Below are positions 58,946 through 64,000 of a DNA stretch of 64,000 nucleotides, piece after piece. Each line of letters starts with the position of its first letter. Positions within the stretch are counted from its first letter, which is position 1. Source of the DNA: a virus. The notes under the pieces are model-generated. The model was not told the origin of the DNA and ran no database searches. It worked only from the letters and a program-made list of their open reading frames with translations. The stretch spans positions 130,605 through 194,604 of IMG/VR virus record IMGVR_UViG_3300043122_000207. One strand, written 5' to 3'. The position numbers and the translations under genes are program-made.

Positions 58946-61167
58946 TGGGTATTAATATAGTATCCAGTAAAAATGAAACAGCTAATGATAAATATAAAAT
59001 AGAAGAGGAATATATACCAGAAGCAGAAGCAATAGGTGATATGTTGGGGGCTGAAGAAGAACCCGATGTAGATTACGATGAAGAAAATGATTTTTATTAT
59101 GGGCAACCTGTTATGGGTGAGGAATTCATTTATGATTTTGATACCACAAATAAAACATTTGTCGCAGTACACAATGTCTTAAAGGAATACGGTATTGAAA
59201 ACAATAAGTTCTTTTTGGTTCTTTATGATAAAGACTTAGTTGGGGTTGACCCACATGACCCTAATTTGTCTGTAGAGATGCAGCAGAAAGTAGTTAGAGA
59301 GGTTAAAAGAAACTTCTGGTATTATATACGAGAGGTAGTGATCTTACAGACAGAGGGTGGTAAGACACGCTTCATGTTACATATTGGAAACCTTGCTGCT
59401 GCTTTTTTAAAACTACAGAACTTAAACTATTACTGGGAACAGCCAAGACAGACTGGTAAGACACTTGGTGAGATGTGTTTTGAAAGTTACTTCTTTGCTT
59501 TTGGTTGTATCAATACAGAGTTTGGTTTTTATTGTTATGACAATACCAGAGCTAAAGAAAACTTACAGACTGTTATAGGTGTCCTAGAGAACCTACCAGA
59601 GTATTTAAGAATTTATAACTTAAAGAAAAAGGTAGATAAAGAAACTGGTAGGGTATCTTATAAAGATAAAGGTGAAGCTGGTAAGAAAATCAAATCACAC
59701 GAAAACGGTGTAATGAATAATAAAGCATATGCCTCAACTACTGGGCAAACAAAACAGTCAGCTGATAAAGCTGGTCGTGGTGCAACTCAGGCTAAGATGA
59801 ACTTTGATGAGTTTGGCTGGTCAAGATTCAACTATATCGTATGGGGTGCAGCTTCTTATGCACATACTACGGCAGCTAAAAACGCAGAGAGAGCTGGTAA
59901 ACCGCATGGTGTATCCTTTACATCGACACCACCAGATATGTCCTCTAAAGAGGGTGAATTCTTATTCGACTTTGTAAAGAGAAAATCAGCTAAATTTGAA
60001 ATGTTTATGTTTGATATGACACATCAAGATTTAATAGCCTGGCTTAGAGCTAATGCTAAAAAGGATTTCTTCTACCTATCTTTTCAGTATTATGAAATGG
60101 GGTATACAGAAGAATGGGCAAGAGACCAGTGGAGACAGTGTGCTACTTTAGAAGATTATAGAAGAGATGTTTTACTAGAGTGGAGAAGAGATTTATCCAG
60201 CTCTCCTTATGGTCAGGTTGCTTTAAATAAAATAGAACAGATTGTAAAAGAAGTTGAATATGAATCAATCATCTTAAATAATAAATATCACTTTAAAGTT
60301 TATCCAGGGTTTGAAATGGGTAGATATAAAAACATAGTTGTCGGTATTGATGTCGGTACAGGTATGGGTGGTAACTATGATAGTTCCACTATGGTTGGAG
60401 TAGACCCCGATACCACCGAAGTTTTATTTACATTCAAATCAAATGAAGCAGACACTTCTGTTTTCTCGGCATTGATATATGAATTTGTAACTAAATATTT
60501 AAATCAATGTGTGTTGGTAATAGAGCGTAACTCTGTTGGAAAAGCTATAATAGATAATTTAAAAGATACTGATATAAGAGAATATCTTTATTATTCTCCA
60601 TTCTCCAATAGACATGAAATTCAAGATGCCACACCAGAGGTTATGAGTAATGGTAAAAAACATTTATTTGGTATAATAAACAGAAGAAAAATCAGAAAAA
60701 GATTATTTGAGATAATGTCTACTAGGGTAAGAGAATATAAAAGACTATTTATGTCTGAGGATATATATGATGAAATGACTGACTTGGTAGAAAAGAAAGG
60801 TAAAATCAAACATAAAGATGGAGCTCATGACGATTTAGTTATTGCATATTTATTTTCACTATATGTTTTAATGCGTGATACAGAGCTTTATGAAAACTTT
60901 GGTATACCTAAACCAAACCCACCAACCGATACAGAAAATGAAGAAAGATATGATATGGATAATCTTGGGGTTGGAAAAGAAGAAGATATTAATATTTTTG
61001 TCACTGATTCCACAGGTGAAAAAGATGAAATAAAAACAATGGATGAATATCTAAAAGAAAGAGAAGAAGAAGATTTCAGACAAAGGTTAAGAGGTAATGA
61101 CGATGAATTTTCACCACCATCTGGTAGTGATGGTTTTGTAGATTTAGGTGACAGTATGTTTGATTAA
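58945..61167 (+). CDS. terL: Terminase large subunit
   Basis: EQPRQTGKT, NFDEF, FTSTP, VGIDVGTG..DSS, IERNSVG, HDDLVIA. Confidence 0.93.
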   Translation: MGINIVSSKNETANDKYKIEEEYIPEAEAIGDMLGAEEEPDVDYDEENDFYYGQPVMGEEFIYDFDTTNKTFVAVHNVLKEYGIENNKFFLVLYDKDLVGVDPHDPNLSVEMQQKVVREVKRNFWYYIREVVILQTEGGKTRFMLHIGNLAAAFLKLQNLNYYWEQPRQTGKTLGEMCFESYFFAFGCINTEFGFYCYDNTRAKENLQTVIGVLENLPEYLRIYNLKKKVDKETGRVSYKDKGEAGKKIKSHENGVMNNKAYASTTGQTKQSADKAGRGATQAKMNFDEFGWSRFNYIVWGAASYAHTTAAKNAERAGKPHGVSFTSTPPDMSSKEGEFLFDFVKRKSAKFEMFMFDMTHQDLIAWLRANAKKDFFYLSFQYYEMGYTEEWARDQWRQCATLEDYRRDVLLEWRRDLSSSPYGQVALNKIEQIVKEVEYESIILNNKYHFKVYPGFEMGRYKNIVVGIDVGTGMGGNYDSSTMVGVDPDTTEVLFTFKSNEADTSVFSALIYEFVTKYLNQCVLVIERNSVGKAIIDNLKDTDIREYLYYSPFSNRHEIQDATPEVMSNGKKHLFGIINRRKIRKRLFEIMSTRVREYKRLFMSEDIYDEMTDLVEKKGKIKHKDGAHDDLVIAYLFSLYVLMRDTELYENFGIPKPNPPTDTENEERYDMDNLGVGKEEDINIFVTDSTGEKDEIKTMDEYLKEREEEDFRQRLRGNDDEFSPPSGSDGFVDLGDSMFD

Positions 61168-61170
61168 ATT

Positions 61171-61206
61171 AAAAATAATACCCGAGGTTAATCCCTCGGG
61201 TTTTTT
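61171..61206. terminator. Bidirectional terminator
   Basis: CCCGAGG/CCTCGGG stem flanked by A and T runs. Confidence 0.8.
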
Positions 61207-61211
61207 ATATA

Positions 61212-62270
61212 TTATAAATTAAAAGAAAATTTACCCTGTTTAATAGATTTTAATAAATCTTTATTTATTTCTTTTTTAAATATTTTACCACCGTTATCGT
61301 CTGTATTGTAATTCATATTATATTTAATCAAATTATCTAAAGATAATAATGGTGATAAATCAACCATACCATCATTTAAATAATCATCAGTTTGAATGAA
61401 TCGGTTATTTGTGTATTTGAATAATTCGGAATTAGATTTTAATAGTATTAATATTTTTGACCATTCACCCCAAGCATATAATCCACCGTAAACCCCAATA
61501 TTTGCTTGAGTGTCATCGGGATTTAATCCAACACCGGTATTTTCCCAACCATCTGATGTTATATTATAATCAGAATCATAGGTCACATCAGTCAGACAAT
61601 TACTAATGTTTGCTCCCGTGTTATCAATGAATGATGTGTAATTGGTCGAGCAATCAATTAAAGTATATAAATTGATATTATTAGCATTAATTGTTAATGG
61701 TATTAAATCTGCTTTAAAAGATACATTTATAAACTCTGCTTTTAAAATATTATCAACATCCCCACCTGATGATGTTCCGTCTAACACTAAAATTTGTGGT
61801 GTTACTTGGTTGTCAATATTGAATACACAATTATAAAATGTAAAATCGTATATTAAATTACCAAATGTTGTTTCATTTGTGTTTGCATTAATAAAAATAG
61901 CTCTATTATCGGAACTGTTTGATGAAAAATTAGAAGAATTTTTAAATATAATGTTATAGAAGTTATTTTTAATATCTACTGCTGTTGGACCATCACATCT
62001 CTGTACCTCTATAATAGATTCGTTATATTCACCTATATAATCTATATATTCATAACTGAATAAATCTTTTAATCTAGCAATTGTGTATAAACCCGGTTTT
62101 AAATATATCGTTTCATTATTATTCTGTGTAGTATTATTCAATCCAGATTGTAATGTTTTGTAAGGGTTACCTTCGCTACCATCACCATTTGTATCATCAC
62201 CATTTACTGCATCCACATAAATTATATTATTATATTCTAAAGTTTCATTATTGATTTCTATAGTTGGCAT
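61212..62270 (-). CDS. Beta-helix (DUF1565-like) virion/tail protein
   Basis: IYVDAVNGDDTNGDGSEGNPYKT, LKPGLY, FYNCVF, NIGVYGG. Confidence 0.6.
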   Translation of the reverse strand: MPTIEINNETLEYNNIIYVDAVNGDDTNGDGSEGNPYKTLQSGLNNTTQNNNETIYLKPGLYTIARLKDLFSYEYIDYIGEYNESIIEVQRCDGPTAVDIKNNFYNIIFKNSSNFSSNSSDNRAIFINANTNETTFGNLIYDFTFYNCVFNIDNQVTPQILVLDGTSSGGDVDNILKAEFINVSFKADLIPLTINANNINLYTLIDCSTNYTSFIDNTGANISNCLTDVTYDSDYNITSDGWENTGVGLNPDDTQANIGVYGGLYAWGEWSKILILLKSNSELFKYTNNRFIQTDDYLNDGMVDLSPLLSLDNLIKYNMNYNTDDNGGKIFKKEINKDLLKSIKQGKFSFNL

Positions 62271-62329
62271 TTATTGATTCACCTCTTTCTTATAAAAAGG
62301 TCGCACTTTTTACGGTGCGACCATTATTT

Positions 62330-64000
62330 TTACATGATAAACACATATGCTTTATTTTCGTTATCTGTTCGTACTGTGAATGTTATATCGATTGAATCTT
62401 CCTTTTCTATTCTGGGAATAACAGAACCTTCAAAATGATCTATCCTTTCAAAGTTTATAACATCTAATAAACCATTGAAGAATTCTTCTCCAATAGATAG
62501 TGTGTACATTGAACCATCGAAACTATCTCCACCTAAAATACTAGGTAATTCTAAGTATCCATCGAAGTTATCTTCTCCCATAGCTAATGAAGCAAGAGAT
62601 ACATCTATGGTGTCTGTATTATTAAATTGGGGAACTTCAAAATTAATATCTATTTCTTCTACCTCATCGTAACGGACTGTTACTATTCCATCAAATGCTC
62701 TAGCATTATTAAACTGAGGTACTTCAAAATAAATATCTATGTTGTCTACTTCGTCATATCGAACCACCATATTACCATCAAAGGAATCTTCATTTTCAAA
62801 TAGAGGTATTTCTAAATCTATATCGATTGTTTCCTCTATATCTTTTCTGGCTGTAACAGTACCATTAAAACTATCTGTGCTTTCAAATAATGGTATATCA
62901 ACTAAACCATCGAATTCATCTTGACCTTCTAACTTAGCGACAACCATACCGTCAAAACCTATATCGAAACCATCAAATCTTTTAACGGATACTGAACCAT
63001 CAAATACAGGTAATATGTTCGGTGTTTGGATGGCTGTAACTGTACCACTAAAGGAATCTATACCATTATAACTGGGTACGTCCATAAAACCTTCAAACCC
63101 ATCATTAAACCAATTACTATCCACACTAAATGTAATATCAATACTATCTTCATCTTCTAATTTTACAACTAATGAACCATCAAATCCAGTTCTAGATGCA
63201 TTGGGTGGTACAAAGTAATATCTATAAAGTAATTTGGGTGCATCAGATGCTGTTCCTTCTTTACTGGATGATAGGGTATAATCATTACTATCTGTTGTAA
63301 TAGCAAGTGATCTATAAATATCCTGTGTCTTATCTAAACCTTCTAGTAAAGGACCCAAATCTACTTCTAACCAACCCACAAAGTTTTCCGGTATATCAAA
63401 TTCTACCAGATTAGTATATGATGGTTTATTGTTTTCTGTAACAAAGTATTCTGACCATTGTTCTTCTACTAAGTGTACATAACCTTTAGTTGGAGAATGA
63501 ACAGCCTTTTTTACATATATCTGTAGATGGGTATTTAATTCGTTTTCCGATTCAAAAAATGGATCATCTATTGGTGAGAACTTAAAATCTAATAATACAG
63601 TCGTATCATCAGAAAATTCTAACTTAGTATCTCCACCGAAGTTTCTATCGGGATCTTCTTTATCAGTGTAAGTGTCAGCAAGTAAGGAAGCATAGTAATC
63701 TCTTTTGGGTGTTTCTTCTATATCTACAGTACCATTTAAAATATTATTTGGTGGTATAGTAAATACAGCATCAAAAGAATCAGATGTATCAATTCTTGAT
63801 GTGACTAATCCATCAAAGGAATCTTCATCTTCTAATAAAGGAACATCAAATATAGCATCGAATTCTTCTGTTGGGTCATAACGCACATCAAAGACAGCGT
63901 CAAATGAATCTGTTCCCTGACCAACTATATCTGTGGTACCATTCATTTCAGATTCCGGTGGTACTATAACTTCTGCATCAAAAGAATCTATCTCATCATA
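62330..64000 (-). CDS. Acidic repeat tail protein with DNRLRE-like domain, 5' end beyond the window
   Basis: Frame stays open from 63946 to 64000; ADTYTDKEDPDRNFGG; many (D/E)xFDG/IDI repeats. Confidence 0.6.
   Translation of the reverse strand, partial: YDEIDSFDAEVIVPPESEMNGTTDIVGQGTDSFDAVFDVRYDPTEEFDAIFDVPLLEDEDSFDGLVTSRIDTSDSFDAVFTIPPNNILNGTVDIEETPKRDYYASLLADTYTDKEDPDRNFGGDTKLEFSDDTTVLLDFKFSPIDDPFFESENELNTHLQIYVKKAVHSPTKGYVHLVEEQWSEYFVTENNKPSYTNLVEFDIPENFVGWLEVDLGPLLEGLDKTQDIYRSLAITTDSNDYTLSSSKEGTASDAPKLLYRYYFVPPNASRTGFDGSLVVKLEDEDSIDITFSVDSNWFNDGFEGFMDVPSYNGIDSFSGTVTAIQTPNILPVFDGSVSVKRFDGFDIGFDGMVVAKLEGQDEFDGLVDIPLFESTDSFNGTVTARKDIEETIDIDLEIPLFENEDSFDGNMVVRYDEVDNIDIYFEVPQFNNARAFDGIVTVRYDEVEEIDINFEVPQFNNTDTIDVSLASLAMGEDNFDGYLELPSILGGDSFDGSMYTLSIGEEFFNGLLDVINFERIDHFEGSVIPRIEKEDSIDITFTVRTDNENKAYVFIM

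Noticed and set aside
61205-61215. TTATATATTAT near the terminase terminator
   Set aside because: Overlaps the stop codon of a convergent gene, with no plus-strand gene downstream.
1-64000. tRNA or rRNA genes, introns, chimallin or PhuZ, recoded stop codons
   Set aside because: None recognisable; genes are intact and close properly under the standard code.

Overview
64-kb AT-rich segment of a jumbo phage of the phiKZ/AR9 (PBS1)-like lineage, probably infecting a Bacillota host (strong GGAGG ribosome-binding sites), possibly an anaerobe (B12-dependent RNR, many Fe-S enzymes). It holds three pieces of split multisubunit RNA polymerase beta subunits (virion and non-virion types), RecA/UvsX, SbcC, primase, a class II RNR with an intein, a lytic transglycosylase, internal head proteins, prohead protease, major capsid protein, large terminase and tail/baseplate genes. 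Two promoter classes are readable: ATTATATATTAT (5 perfect copies, early-type genes) and AACA-N6/7-TAG (16 copies, mostly before structural genes, AR9 late-like). The standout is a tightly coupled operon of about 12.5 kb (36286-48840) behind a late-type promoter. It encodes a self-cleaving tail-fibre-like protein, three radical SAM/SPASM enzymes, three ParB/Srx-fold paralogues, a U32-family Fe-S protein and a protein ending in CxxCxxC plus 24 perfect W-x-x-x repeats. It finishes with a glycosyltransferase and a nonulosonic-acid module (NeuA-like, HAD, NeuB-like). This looks like a phage-encoded RiPP-type system that heavily modifies a poly-Trp-repeat substrate, possibly a virion protein. Family assignments come from motif recognition only; no searches were run.
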